This document shows, piece after piece, positions 42,880-62,051 of a stretch of DNA of 64,000 nt. Position 1 is the first letter of the stretch. Every line of letters begins with the position of its first letter. The position numbers and the translations under genes are program-made. The stretch comes from Eledone cirrhosa (Eukaryota), in contig OZ024740.1 of NCBI GenBank assembly GCA_964016885.1, positions 63,240,001 through 63,304,000 of the forward strand, given 5' to 3'. The notes beneath the pieces are model-generated. The model saw only the letters and a list, made by a program, of their open reading frames with translations, was not told the origin of the DNA and did not search any database.

Positions 42880-45300
42880 TGCTCGCATGTGTGCGTGCTG
42901 AACTCTGTGTCTTTCCGCTGGGAACAACCCCTTGTTTTCTCCCCCCCCCCCGTTTTTGTGTACATCCATCCATTCACTGATTCATTTACTGCCATTCTAC
43001 CTTCCTGTGTCTCCCCCTCCATGCAGCCCCTTTTCGCTCTCGTTTTCTGGCACCATATATATAGGTGAACTATGCTGCCCTCTTACCAGCACTTTCCTTT
43101 CCACCCACACACACCAGCCACCCACCCCTGATGCCGCTCGGTTCCCCAGTCCCCGGCCCCACTCCCCACCCCCACCTGCTCCTTGTGGCTAATGATGCAG
43201 ATATCATGTCCGCTATCAGGTCCTTCCCAGCTAGCAGCTGCGGAGGTGTTGATGGAGTTGACATCCCCCCTCTCCGCTGAGGCCGGGCGCCGCCTTCTGA
43301 GTGCAATTGTGGCGCTCACCAATAGGCTCATTCATGGTGCCCTCGACCCTTACGCTCGAAGCCTCTTTTTTTCTGCCAGCCTCACCGCTCTCAGGAAGAA
43401 AGAGGGTGGCATACGCCCCATCGCTGTGGGCAATGTCTTCCGAAGGCTGGCTGCCAAGGTGATCTGCAAGTCCGTCACACACGAACTGGGTGAAGAGTTT
43501 AGTCCGGTGCAACTGGGTGTCAGCGTGTCCGGTGGTTTTGAGGGAGCCTCTCAGGCAATCAGGCAATTCTCAGCAGCTGCCCATCGGTACCGGCATCCAG
43601 GGATTCCAGGCACCTCATTGTCAAGCTTGACATGAGGAATGCCTTTAACTCTTTACGCCGGGATCATCTGCTCGAGGCCTGCCTCAGCCGATCCCCCTCT
43701 GCCTACCCGCTAGCCTACCTGTCATATGGAGCCCCGAGCATGCTCCTAGATGCTGATACGGTCATACTCTCGGCTACTGGGGTCCAACAGGGCGACCCTT
43801 TGGGACCCCTCCTGTTCACCCTTGGTATTGACCACATCGCCCGGAGTATCACGGCCCCTCTCAACATTTGGTATCTGGATGATGCTACGTTGGGCGGGCC
43901 CGTACGGACGGTCTGCCAAGACCTTCAATCAGTGATTCCTGCCCTGGCGGGAATCGGCCTCCAGGTCAACTTGGCCAAGTCGGAGATGGTGAAAGTCAAC
44001 CTCGATGCTGCGACCTTTGTAGCCTCCGTCTTGGACGTGCGGTCCATTCTCCGCTAGGTTCAGGTGACCCCAAAGAGGATGTTCTCATCCTCGGGTCACC
44101 GATCCACCCGCCGGCCATCCGCTCCACCATCAGGTCCAGGCTTCAACAGCTCCAGACTCTCGCGAGCCGACTGGGCTTGATTGACGGCCACCCAGCTCTC
44201 TTTCTGCTGAGGAACTGCTTCGCCATGCCGAAGCTCCTCTATACACTCCGCAACGCTCCATGCTACACCCAGACATCTCTCCTCGCTGACCTCGATACTT
44301 GTATCCGAGCAGCAGCCGAGGGGATATGCAACGTCAAGTTTGACGACATAGGGTGGCAACAGGCCACTTTACCGGTCAGGTATGGCGGCCTAGGCGTCCG
44401 ATCCCCGATCTCACTAGCTTTGCCGGCGTAACTTTTTTCGGTAACCTCGTGCCGCGTCCTCGTCAGCAGGGTTCTTCAAAACACAACAGAACCCTCTGTG
44501 TTCAGAGAACGTGAGGCCGCCTGTGAGACGTGGGACCGGCTGGGACTTAGCCCAGTAGACTCCCTCCTCCTTCTTCCCCTGTTGACGTCAAGTCCCCCCA
44601 ACGCACTTGGGATACCATCCAGTGCAGCCTGGCCTCAGACAGGCTCACGCGCCAGCTCGACCAGCACCGCCTTGCTTGTTTTCGTGTGGCCTCCAAACCC
44701 CACAGTGGTGCCTGGCTCCATGCTCTGCCCTCATTCTCCACTGGCACGCAGCTAGACAACCATAGCCTGCGAATCGGCGTTTCCCTGAGGCTCGGCCTCT
44801 GGATCTGCCAGCCACACCAATGTCGCTGCGGTTCTACCGTGGACTCTTTCGGCCTCCACTCGCTTTCCTGTCGCTACAGTGCCGGCCGCATTCCACGCCA
44901 TACTGCCCTCAACGAGGTCATTAAGCATGGCTAGGACGCCGCAGGCTTCCCTTCCCAGCTCGAGCCGGTGGGGCTGGACCGAAAAGATGGCAAAAGGCCA
45001 GATGGCATGACCATCTTCCCGTTCCGCGGTGGCAAACCCCTCGTCTGGGATGCCACTTGCACCGACACTTTCTGCAGCCGCAACCTGGTGCAGTCTGCGA
45101 CTGACCCAGGTTCTGCTGCACGTCGGGCTACCTCCTTACTCACCACCATAGGCGCTGAGCTGGCCAGCCGCAGGTGTGAGCCCCGCGTGTTGGGGTGGCT
45201 TTTCCAGCGCGTCACCCTTGCCGTCCTCCGGGGAAACGCCTTCTCCATTCTTCCGCCGGGGCTGTGGGTGGGCCCCATGGCGTACCAATACATTAGTTAA
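42880..45300 (+). mobile_element. CRE-clade non-LTR retrotransposon (RT + REL), decayed
   Basis: KKEGGIRPIAVG..RRL, NAFNS, GVQQGDPLGPLLF, WYLDD, LPVRYGGLG, RH..LN, RPDG..WDATC; GC-rich island. Confidence 0.88.
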
Positions 45301-45841
45301 ATACCATTCTTTCATCGATGTTCAATGGTATAACTGAAGTCGTAGACTAAAATTCTAACTAGGAAACCGAATGATTCTCGGCTTCAGAGTTAAAAATAAA
45401 GTATCTATACGAAATCTTGCTCACAATAATTTTGTTAGCATCAGAAATGCGTCAGTTTTTAACGCATATGAAATTTTTCAGCTTTATGAAATATTATTAA
45501 CAAAAGAATATACGGATTGTATATGCTTACAAAGTCTTTGAACAATAGGAATGAATATTCTGAATATAAATGGATAGAAATAAAATCAGCTTTTATATAA
45601 TTCATATGCTGGCAACAGTCAAGTCAAAACAATCCATTATATTATGAGATTTGTATTAAAATAAATGTAAAAGGTGCGGCGAGGCGATGCGTTATGTCCT
45701 TGAGTAAGACACTTTATTTCACGTTGCTCCTTCTACCAGGATTTGCGACCGATAGATAGTATCAGCAACTGGAAATACCAATGGAAACTTTGTTTCCTCG
45801 GTCCGATTTGACGAAAGTCGATCGATCCATTTATATATATA

Positions 45842-47023
45842 CTAGCAGAATGGCCCGTCGTTACTCGGGAATTGCTCTAGGGGTCTTATATATTTGATAT
45901 ATATTTATCCTTATTGAGCCTCGTGAAATAAATACGTTTATTTATATTTTGTTATTGTGTGTGCAAAAATATCTGTACACGAATATATAATTATATATAT
46001 ATATAGGCGGGAAGCAAAAATATCTGTACACGAATATATAATTATATATATATATAGGCGGGAAGCCGCTGGAATTGGTTGAGGACTTCCTGTATTTGGG
46101 AGCAAAGATTGGGAATACGGAAGATGATGTGGTTGAGAGGAAGAGCAAGGCCTGGGCGGCGTGTCACAGCTTGAGATCGGTGTGGAAGTCGGACCTTCGT
46201 AGAGACCTGAAAATCCGCCTCTTCATTGCTGTAGTGGAGTCTGTGCTGCTGTATGGGTCTGAGACTTGGACACTGACCAAGAGACTCACTCAGATGGTGG
46301 ATGGGTGCTACACGAGAATGCTGAGGATGGCTCTGAACATTAATCAGTATACACTGAGGATGAAAAACTCAGAGCTGTATGGGAGCATCCCAAAAGTCAG
46401 CTCAAAAGTGACACAGAGGAGACTGAGGTTGGCTGGACATGCTCACCGACATCCAGAGTTGACATTGCACTCAGTGCTCCTTTGGGAGCCCCTACATGGA
46501 CACACTAGAAGAGGAAGACCAAGGTTAACATATGTTGATGCCCTAAGGACAGACACTGGTCTGTTGGAGATGCAGGATATGGCAGCGATAATGAGGGACA
46601 GAGACCGCTGGAGAGAACTCGTCCATGGATCTCGGGAATTTTACCCGCCTTAGATAGATAGATATATATATCTAAAACAGAGAATGTCTGTCTGTCTGTC
46701 AGCTCACTAAAACTTGAGAACCACCCAACCGATTGTTTTCAAACTTTACACATGTAATACTTATGGTCCTGTGAGTGTTTTGGGTAAAAAATATTTCAAA
46801 TTTTCAATGCTCTAGGGACCGCATTAGGCGATTTAGCGATCTCTCTCTATAATTATTAGTCTTTCTTTTTAGATAGATACATAGATATAACGTTGCGCCC
46901 TTATAATATATGTCTGTATGCCTGGCTGTCTGCATTACGTCATTATGACGCGATCAGTGTGTGTATATATATGTATCGTAATGCAGACAGCAAGACATAT
47001 AGCTTTGCTTCCCCTCTTCCAGC

Positions 47024-47101
<78 letters not shown>

Positions 47102-47465
47102 CTATCCCCCTCTTTTAGTCTGTCTGTTTCTTTCACTCTCACTCTTTCTCTCTGTAACTCGTTCACATTTCTCCCCTCTATCGAAAAACGCTGTGACGAA
47201 TGGGGAGAAGGAGGAGGAGGAGTAGAGAGCCACTTCTTCACTTCGCCTCTCCGTTTCTTTCTCTCCCCTCTCACTCCCTCATTATATACAGACATTGGCC
47301 ACTTCACTAATTCGATCCCTAGGTCAGAATAATTGGAAATTTCTTTTTTTGTTCAAAACACTTCCAGGGCCATACGGGTTACATGTGTAAAGTTTGAATA
47401 AAAACGGTTGGGTACTTCTCGAGTTTTAGGGAAACAGACACACAGACAGACATCCTCTGTGTTAT
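45842..47465 (-). mobile_element. Non-autonomous Helitron-like element with nested insertions
   Basis: Reverse complement ends in a CCCG..CGGG hairpin followed by CTAG (45842-45870); ~130-bp diverged inverted copies at 46672-46805 / 47331-47465 with (TCTG)n 5'-type ends. Confidence 0.5.
46055..46663 (+). mobile_element. RTE-clade LINE 3' fragment with (TAGA)n tail
   Basis: VEDFLYLG, LLYGSETWTL, RRLRLAGH, RRGRP. Confidence 0.85.
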
Positions 47466-47474
47466 ATATATACA

Positions 47475-47542
<68 letters not shown>

Positions 47543-47693
47543 AAAAGGTATGATTCCGACGGCCGAGCTCAAGCCGTTTCGACGGCTATTTCTGGACGGG
47601 GTCATACTTTTTCCTATTTTCCACTCTACTACCCTAAGTAATGAGTACTCTGGTGCGTTATGGTCCATCTGGTTCCTTACCACAATTCCTTTG

Positions 47694-47753
<60 letters not shown>

Positions 47754-47768
47754 TTTTAATATAGATAA

Positions 47769-47814
47769 GATTCTACAGGACTAGAACTGTTTCATTCTTT
47801 AGAAATCATCAGGA

Positions 47815-47817
<3 letters not shown>
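47769..47817 (-). ncRNA. Hammerhead ribozyme (mini-element N), nearly alone between TA tracts
   Basis: Reverse complement: gattc CTGATGA TTTC taaa GAAT GAAAC AG ttctagtc CT GTA gaatc. Confidence 0.85.
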
Positions 47818-47851
<34 letters not shown>

Positions 47852-48208
47852 CCAGGATCGGATATATCCACAAAGTACGAGCAAAACTATCGATAGTCGG
47901 GACTATAGGAATTTGGGTAGAGTTTATATGCATTTGTTCTTCTAACTTATATTTTAGATATAGCTCTGTTTAATTGATTATTTGTCTAGTTAATTTCTAC
48001 GAGCTAAGAGGAAAGACTAGATAAATTTTATCTGACTGTTCCTCGCGGAAAATAGTCTGTATCATTTGTCTATTATTTCTTCATGGTTACCTCTTAAACT
48101 TATCGTCCCGTTTAAATGATTATTTATCTAGTTGATTTCTACGGACTAGGGTGAAGAAAGACTGGGTATATTTTATCTAATAATTCTTCAAACTTGCAAT
48201 TTTATATA

Positions 48209-49272
<1,064 letters not shown>

Positions 49273-49406
49273 CGAAGGAAATGTGGTAAGGAACCAGGTG
49301 GACCATAACGCACCAAAGTACTCAATACTTGGGGTAGTAGAGTGGGTAATAGTCCAGAATTAGCCGTCGAAACGGCTTGAGCTCAGCCGTCGGGGTCTTA
49401 CTGGTT

Positions 49407-49462
<56 letters not shown>

Positions 49463-50421
49463 CAAACATCACGGACGCTCTATCTCAAAATTATTTTTGA
49501 AAAGCATTAGAAATGCGCAACCGGTAAAACTTAAAACCAAAACTGAATAATAACCAATACTATTACTAATTCTCACTTATTCCTAATTAAACTATTTTTC
49601 ACTGTGAACAATTAGTCAGCAATTTCTTTTCCGTTTACCAATATATCATAACTTGTGTGTTACACCTCTATTCTTTTAAATATATATATGTGTGTGTGTG
49701 TGTGTGCATATATATATATATATATTGATTTGTGTTAACCTATATTACACGGCTCAGAATAGTCTTTCTTCGAGCTATTTCATTGTAAATGATCGCCTGA
49801 GATTTGAACTCATTATTATTGATTTTACACTGCTCCTTCGTTCAGCTTATTTTAGCCCCATACAAACGGCTGTTATTTCTAGCAGCACGAGTATGTGGCT
49901 AGCTAGACACTGGATAACCGCATGAGGTTACCTCGTGCGCTAAACAGTCTTCCTAAATATTTTGAAGTGGAACATACCAATTTTTATAGTGCTTGCTGAG
50001 GAGATCAAAATGCGGTATTCCCTCCACTTTTTCATTATTCGAAACATATTTGGATTTTAAGGTTTAAACCTGTCTACGGAACAGGTTTGATTTTGAAATT
50101 TAAATTTGTTCAAGCACCACGGCCATTGCCAAAACAATTTGTTTTTGTTGATTTATGATGTATTATCTTAAGTCATGATAGGCAAACTGTAATATTATTA
50201 TTAGAATATTTCTATCTAGCTAACTTGGTCATTTACAATACATACATAAATATGATGATTTGTTTATCAAATATATTGATTTTTGTTAACCTATATATAT
50301 ATATATATGTATGTATGCATATATATATACGGGTTTCTAAATGTTTACCTGTAAACACCCTATTTCTTTACAAATACGAAATGTATATATCTTCCAATGT
50401 ATATATCTATATATATGTATA

Positions 50422-50507
<86 letters not shown>

Positions 50508-50511
<4 letters not shown>

Positions 50512-51800
50512 TACTTTGGGAGGGTCATGTTGCCAATAAGAAACACACGCACCAGTTGCTTTCACTACAATTTATCATAAATTAAATTTATAAATTTAAG
50601 AATTTATAAATTTCCGGTTGGCTAGTTGGTTCCACAACCGGACGGTTGTTCATATATTGTTCTTTCGTCATACATTCTGTGACCTCTTCAGTGACTGGGG
50701 ATTCTTTTCTTTGTTTTGTGCCTCTCCTTTGTTCTGTCCTACGCCATCTTGTTTTTGTGTGTGTTGTGTGCTTAGTTTGCGCATGTGTTACATACGGGTG
50801 TCTGTGTTTGTTTTTATTTGTTTATTTATTTGTTTATTTACATGTTACTGGTTGGTTGTTTGTTCTATGTGCGTGTGTGTTTTCATTTTGTCTTTAATTG
50901 TAAGTTGTGATGTTGCTATTCCATTCATGTTTTCTATTTAGTTTTGGTTGGAGTTCATTTATGTTTATTGCCTCTGTGATTTGTCTAAACATTGCGTCTT
51001 TTCTGTGTGTAGATTTTATTTTTATTTCTATGTTCTCTAATATGCCCTTATGTTCTATTTTAGCATGTTGGTGGAGTATTGATGATTCTTTTTTATCTTG
51101 AAGCTCTCGCCAGTGTTCATTTAACCGTTCTCCTATACTACGAGCTGTCTCACCTATGTACACTATATTCTTATCTTTACATTGTCCTTCAGTACATCTT
51201 ATGCTAAATACTACATTTCTAGTGTTACAGTTAATATGGGGGTTTAGTTTACAGATTATGCATTTCTTATCTATACAGGGAGGTCTTTGAAAAGGGTATG
51301 TATTACTAATAAGTGTTTTCATGGAGGTACCTGGTCTTTCTACTATATTAATATTAAGTTTAGGTTTATCTAGAGCCCTTCTAAATTGGTAAGCTAATTC
51401 ACCTCTAAGGGTTGTATTCATGAACATTACACTCTGGTATTTATTGCTATCATACCCTGAGTTTATTCTATTAACCTTATTCCTAGTTCTTTCTATTCTA
51501 TTCCAAAATGTTCTCCTATACAAGGGGCAGGTCCCATTTGTATCCTTATTTACCATTTTTTTCCCATTTGGTTGTGGCTCCTCTATATACTCTGATTTTA
51601 TCTCTCTGATTGTAACCAGAGAACTGCATACGGTGGATGAAGTGTTGTATGTGCCTCTCTAGTTCTTTGCGTTGCACATGCGGCATAGCAACTGGTGGGT
51701 GTGTTTCTTATTGGTAACATGACCCTCCCAAAGTATAACAATATCGGTTTCAACACACGTTTTCAGATAAAGAATCTTGCTAAACAAATTCAGAAACGAA
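50508..51800 (-). mobile_element. 5'-truncated PLE (second family) with GIY-YIG remnant and inverted pLTR
   Basis: ORF 50894-51556 has CIIC..C..RNVVFSIRC..YIGETAR..ER..EH..PKLN; terminal block 50508-50560 is inverted at 51687-51739. Confidence 0.9.
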
Positions 51801-51820
51801 ATATATATATATATATACAT

Positions 51821-53450
51821 ATTAATACAATAACAGAGATAGTTTAAAGCTAATCTCTGACTGGTAACCATCTCACTCAACAAACATTAGGTTATATTTT
51901 AATATAAACCCAATTTAAGTGTTTGGGGTGCTAACAATATGTATTATGTGGAAAATCCAGTTGTATTATTTTATGAGATATAATTAAAGTTAAAATATAT
52001 CTCTCTTTCCAAACAATTGTTTCATTATAAGTTTTCTACAAATTCGGAGAATATTTCCAGTTTATGTAGAAGCCTAATATACATTCATGTAAGAATATAT
52101 TTAGGTGGGCGCTTATAAATCATCAGTGGAAGCCCATTAAACTTTGATATAAGAAAAACATTTCTTACCACGGTTAAAAATCGTGTCCGTTAAGTTGCTC
52201 CTTCCCGCATCGAATGACCGGCAAATTTGAAATTTCAGCAGTTTTTGACTGAGGAAGTGTTATAGCGTCACTAAGCGGGAAGGGGAGACAACTACGATCC
52301 ACGAAAGGAGGAAAAAAAATAATATACACGCGGGTTAATCAGTTTATTCGAAAACATTATCAATCCAATGTGTTAAGAACTCAATTGAAATTAAAAAAAT
52401 AAATATATGCGTGTATAAATTACACACGCATATAGATATTTTCTTAGGCTAAAATCAGAGGTTGTACCTGAATAAGAAACCGCATCTCGTAACCGTAGTA
52501 AATACGGAAAGTTATGCTTTAAAGGGCAAATGGGAATGTAAATCTCCGGCCGAATTAAGAGTAAAATATAAAACACACGCGGGTTAATTAGTTATTTCAA
52601 AAATAATATCAATTCCTCGTGTAAAGAACTCAATTAATTTTAAAAAATAAATGTATGCATGTAATTATATACATAGGCATATATATATATTTTCTTAGGC
52701 TAAAAAACAGAGAAGTTACAACAAAATAAAAACAATATCGCACAACAGTAATAAATACGGAAAGTCAAATTTATAAGGTACCTAGAAATAAACACCTCTG
52801 GCCAATCAAGAGTAAAATATTAATACAATAACAGAGATAGTTTAAAGCTAATCTCTGACTGGTAACCATCTCACTCAACAAACATTAGGTTATATTTTAA
52901 TATAAACCCAATTTAAGTGTTTGGGGTGCTAACAATATGTATTATGTGGAAAATCCAGTTGTATTATTTTATGAGATATAATTAAAGTTAAAATATATCT
53001 CTCTTTCCAAACAATTGTTTCATTATAAGTTTTCTACAAATTCGGAGAATATTTCCAGTTTATGTAGAAGCCTAATATACATTCATGTAAGAATATATTT
53101 AGGTGGGCACTTATAAATCATCAGTGGAAGCCCATTAAACTTTGATATAAGAAAAACATTTCTTACCACGGTTAAAAATCGTGTCCGTTAAGTTGCTCCT
53201 TCCCGCATCGAATGACCGGCAAATTTGAAATTCCAGCAGTTTTTGACTGAGGAAGTGTTATAGCGTCACTAAGCGGGAAGGGAAGACAACTACGATCCAC
53301 GAAAGGAGGAAAAAAATAATATACACGCGGGTTAATCAGTTTATTCGAAAACATTATCAATCCAACGTGTTATGAACTTAATTGAAATTAAAAAAATAAA
53401 TATATGCGTGTATAAATTACACACGCATATAGATATTTTCTTAGGCTAAA

Positions 53451-53453
<3 letters not shown>
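51821..53453. repeat. 998-bp unit in ~1.6 tandem copies flanked by (TA)n
   Basis: 51821-52454 is repeated at 52819-53453; internal ~245-bp diverged repeat. Confidence 0.9.
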
Positions 53454-53482
<29 letters not shown>

Positions 53483-54088
53483 CGTGCTATACGATAGGTA
53501 ATTTCTCTAGCAATATATATATTTTGTGATGTTTAAATTCCAATTTTTAATATATTGATCTCAATTTTTAAACTAAATATCTAATCATAATTAAACAATG
53601 ATTAATTTCTCATATTATATACCTATATGCCATTCATGAATATTAATATTTCTAATTATTTTTATTCATTTCATCTCAGTTGTTAACTCAACTTAATATG
53701 ACATGACTTAAGGTTTTCGTTCTCTCCCCCTCTCTCTATCTATATATTTCTCTCTCTTGAGTTTTTTCTCTCTGTCTGGTGGTTTGATATCTCTCTGTTG
53801 TTTTCCTCTGTTTTCTTTTTTCTTTTTTCTTTTTTCTTTTTTCTTTTTTCTTTTTTCTTTTTTCTTTTTTCTTTTTTCTTTTTTCTTTTTTCTTTTTTCT
53901 TTCCTCTTTTTCTTTATTTATCTCTCCCTTTTTTTCTCCACTTTTCTCTCTCTCCGTCTTTCTACTTATCCTTAACACTTCGACTTACTAAAATAAACAA
54001 ACCACTATCCTGATGTCTTCCAAAAGTAACGGTCGCATTTTGAAAGGGTACGTCAATGTTTATTTATAAAACTGGTATATATTGTATT

Positions 54089-54145
54089 TTGTCTGATGAA
54101 GGCATACCATAATTTAACTTGGTATCCTTGAAATATGTATAATGA
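54089..54145 (+). ncRNA. Hammerhead ribozyme, architecture like 24419
   Basis: ttgt CTGATGA AGGcATACCA taatttaact TGGTATCCTT GAAA TATGTA TA. Confidence 0.8.
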
Positions 54146-54188
54146 AATAAATATGGTTTTATAAATATAGTTTCCATTTGTTAATATC

Positions 54189-54251
<63 letters not shown>

Positions 54252-54261
54252 TATATATATA

Positions 54262-58231
<3,970 letters not shown>

Positions 58232-58500
58232 ATAAGTAAATAAAATAAAATAAAATAAGATAAATAAATACATACACAAGCACAATAACAACAAGCACAT
58301 AAACACACACTAGTCACCCAGCAGACACAACACTATACACACTAGTCACACAGCAAACATAACACTATACACACACGCAAACGCATGCGCAAAGAAGACA
58401 AAATAAAATAAACAAACAAGCAAATAAATAAATAAATATATAGACAGACTGAATAAAAAATGGCGTAGACATACAACACAACAGGAGGAAAAAATATAAC

Positions 58501-58550
58501 ACTACTGACGATGTTGCAGATGTGCAACGAAAGATTTATGTAAATTATGT
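58501..58550 (+). ncRNA. Hammerhead ribozyme in the PLE 3' pLTR
   Basis: CTGACGA T GTTGCA gatg TGCAAC GAAA followed by an ATTTA tg TAAAT hairpin. Confidence 0.75.
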
Positions 58551-58746
58551 AAACTATATATATGTGTTTGTGTCTATATTGTATCTGTATTATTTTTGAC
58601 CGTCGGTCAGTCAATGGCAACATTGAGGACCGAGTAAGTTAGATCGCAGATATAAAAGACAGCGAGAAGCGAAAACTAACCAAACAGTGAGTGTGTTCTG
58701 TTATTAATTCTGGCAATATTACACAAATATGACCCTCCCCAAGTAT

Positions 58747-58792
<46 letters not shown>

Positions 58793-58875
58793 GTTATTCC
58801 GGGTTGAATCGGAGGTAACCACAGTAAGTAAGGTACTCAATACATAGCAGAGTATAACAGTTTTAATATAGATGA

Positions 58876-58924
58876 GATTCTACAGGACTAGAACTGTTTC
58901 ATTCATTTGAAATCATCAGGAATC
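58876..58924 (-). ncRNA. Hammerhead ribozyme (mini-element N, second copy)
   Basis: Same as 47769-47817 with changes only in the stem II loop. Confidence 0.85.
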
Positions 58925-58942
58925 ACGTATATCAGGAGTATC

Positions 58943-59022
<80 letters not shown>

Positions 59023-59666
59023 GATACTCCCCCGCTCTCCATATTCGTGCCCGCATGCGCGCACGCACATACATGTGTGTACATATACATATGGCTGTGT
59101 GTGAGCGTGTGTCGATGTGTGTGGGCAAGGATGTGCGTATGTGTTTTGTGGTGGGTGTGTTTATACAACAACATGTGTGCACATATATACATATATGTGT
59201 GTGCGTATACGTATATACAAAGCATCTGTCAGAAGAAGAGCGTCTAGCTATGTATCTAGGTAATGACCTTGACGCCACCAATACATCCACCACACCACCA
59301 CAAACGCCGCTACCGTAGACAACGGCACCAATACCATACCCCCACAGACACCTCAACCCGTCTACTGACAATCCACTAACCTCATACAACAGCCCATCCC
59401 ACTAAGCAAGCATAACCACCACCATATCATCACATCCACCCCCACATACTCTACAGGCCAAGGCCAACCCACCACCACCACACCACAGCCCACCTCATCC
59501 ACCGACCGTCACCAACATCTCACCATCACACCCACCCCCATATACACTACAGGCCAGTACATCGCCTTGATCCTTCCCACCAATCAAAACAACTCATTTT
59601 GTCAAACTCTTGAATCTCTGACTTTACCACATAGCATGTATTCCATTTTCTTATAGCATTTTAAGA

Positions 59667-59753
59667 GGGTCCGTCGAGCTGCCGATTATTGAGTCGGGTA
59701 GGATCGATATAGATCGAACCTTGAGCTAATCAGTGGCGAAACGCGCGTCACCT
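59667..59753 (+). ncRNA. Degenerate hammerhead with very long stem II
   Basis: gggt CCGTCGA GCTGCCGATTA..TAATCAGTGGC GAAAC GCGC GTC acct. Confidence 0.6.
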
Positions 59754-59904
59754 ATCAATAAATGCAATGAAGGAATAATCAATCGCCCCTTTTATCCTTT
59801 CTATATATTACACTCTGTATAGCTCTACACCTCATCACAGAAGTGAACCTAAACATCGAGTGCTCTCCCGGGTGAACCTGCAGTAACTCCTAGTTACACC
59901 CCCT

Positions 59905-59961
<57 letters not shown>

Positions 59962-60041
59962 ATAACTTTGATAGGTTTCGGCCAGTTAAGTTAGACATGG
60001 CCTGGTTCAGGCCATGTCTAACTTAAAAGCACCACCTGGCA

Positions 60042-60126
<85 letters not shown>

Positions 60127-60784
60127 TGTGTGTGTGTTAATAATAAGTTGACAAGTTTCATTGGTAGTACCGATTGCATCTCAGTGTACTCAATAGGTAA
60201 GGTTATGTAAAAATCCGAGAGTAGACACTAAGTTGTCTGCTTCAATACAACACACGTACATGGGTACCATAAATCTATACCATAAATCTATACTCGATGT
60301 TCGACCACTCTTAATGTAGCAAGAGAGCGTACACCATCTACTGTAGCATTTATTATACAACAATGCACAATCGGTGCATGTCGCTTCATCAGCGAATCTC
60401 GCCTAATTAATAACCAATCGATCGACAAAATTCGATTCCAGTCCGTGCCGGCTATGGCAGTGAATACGACAGGTGACACAGTAGTACATTAGTAACTGAA
60501 ACCCCTACGCGTTATCAAAATATATGACGTAGTCACTACTTTAACATTCATAGCCAATGGTCTTCAAAATGTTTTTAAATAAATATACAGTAAATTATCA
60601 AATATACTATATGTAGATTTAATGCTCCATCATCCACTTTTCTAAAAAAGTATATCATACACAAAACGCCACCATCAACAGTTTTCCAAGAGATGTCAGC
60701 ATGAATGGACCTGTTATTTTTCTCTAAAACATTTTTCCGATTCCGCCCTGTCTGTCGCTTCAATCTTTCTAATTTGTCATTCTT

Positions 60785-60820
60785 TCTTCTGATGAAGGAC
60801 TAGCGCCCGAAACGTTAAAA
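60785..60820 (+). ncRNA. Minimal hammerhead-like motif
   Basis: CTGATGA AGG actagcg CCC GAAACGTTA; weak stem I. Confidence 0.6.
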
Positions 60821-60991
60821 CCTCTTCTTTGCTATTTCAAGCGTTAAACTAATATATTACTTCTTTATAATGTACCGTTTGTATTGTTATTTCTGTTCAC
60901 CGTTTACATATATGTGTGTGCGTGTGTGGTAAGTATTTCTGTGGAAAAGGTAAAGGAAAGAAGAGTGTTCTATTAATAGTACAGAGCTATT

Positions 60992-61409
60992 TAATTATGT
61001 AATAAAAAACACAAAATAATTATTCCATTACCCAAGGTTTCACAAAGTTAGACGATTCTAACAGAACTGTTTGATATCGTTCATCAGAAGGAATCTTTAT
61101 TTGGATATCTATATTTATTTAAATGTAAGTATGTATGTATGTATGCAAGTATGTATGTATACGTACATACATATATGTATACAGACGTACAGTAGTATGT
61201 ATATATATACATACAGGCACAGATATATATATGCACGTATCGGTTTACCGAACATTTATTATAATGCTCGGTTTGTTTGTTTGTAAACAAACAAACAGCC
61301 CGAATTACGCCGTACAGTGTTTAGGCAACCACGTCACCTTCTGTTAGAATCGTCTAACATCGTGAAAGCTTGGGTAATGAAATAATTATATTGTGTTGTT
61401 TATTACATA

Positions 61410-61413
<4 letters not shown>
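60992..61413 (-). mobile_element. Mini-element with ~75-bp inverted ends, a B-family core and an N-like degenerate hammerhead
   Basis: 60992-61066 is inverted at 61339-61413; 61120-61345 matches 2715-2915; reverse-complement CTGATGA motif at 61054-61095. Confidence 0.7.
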
Positions 61414-61443
<30 letters not shown>

Positions 61444-61908
61444 TGGAAGGTTAGTAAAATCGAAGTTATGGCAGGAGGCCAAACCCACAAAGTAAAAATT
61501 CGGATTTGCACGAAGCACTCAATAAGAATGTATCAATAAATCGATAGATTACACCTTAGAGTAAGTAACATACGTTAAATAGCATGACAAATTGAAAGGC
61601 GTGGTTAGGGGACATAGCTACAGAAGCCGCCACAACAACGAAAATACAATCAGGTTAAATAATAAACCTGTACCGTATCGAGGGGTATTATGCAATATCC
61701 TCGATTGGTTTCTATGAAATTCAAAATCAACAATCCTACTTGCACAATATGCAAGTTTGTGGTATTTGAAGACCGAAACAGGGACTCACGTTATCAACAG
61801 GTTTCCGTACTGTACCTAAGCTGGTGTGAAGCGTAGTAGTAAACTACCAATAGTAGCAGACACTGTTTCGCTGTCACGTGTTTACTCCCCACTAAGGGAA
61901 ATAACCTC

Positions 61909-62007
<99 letters not shown>

Positions 62008-62011
62008 TGTG

Positions 62012-62051
<40 letters not shown>

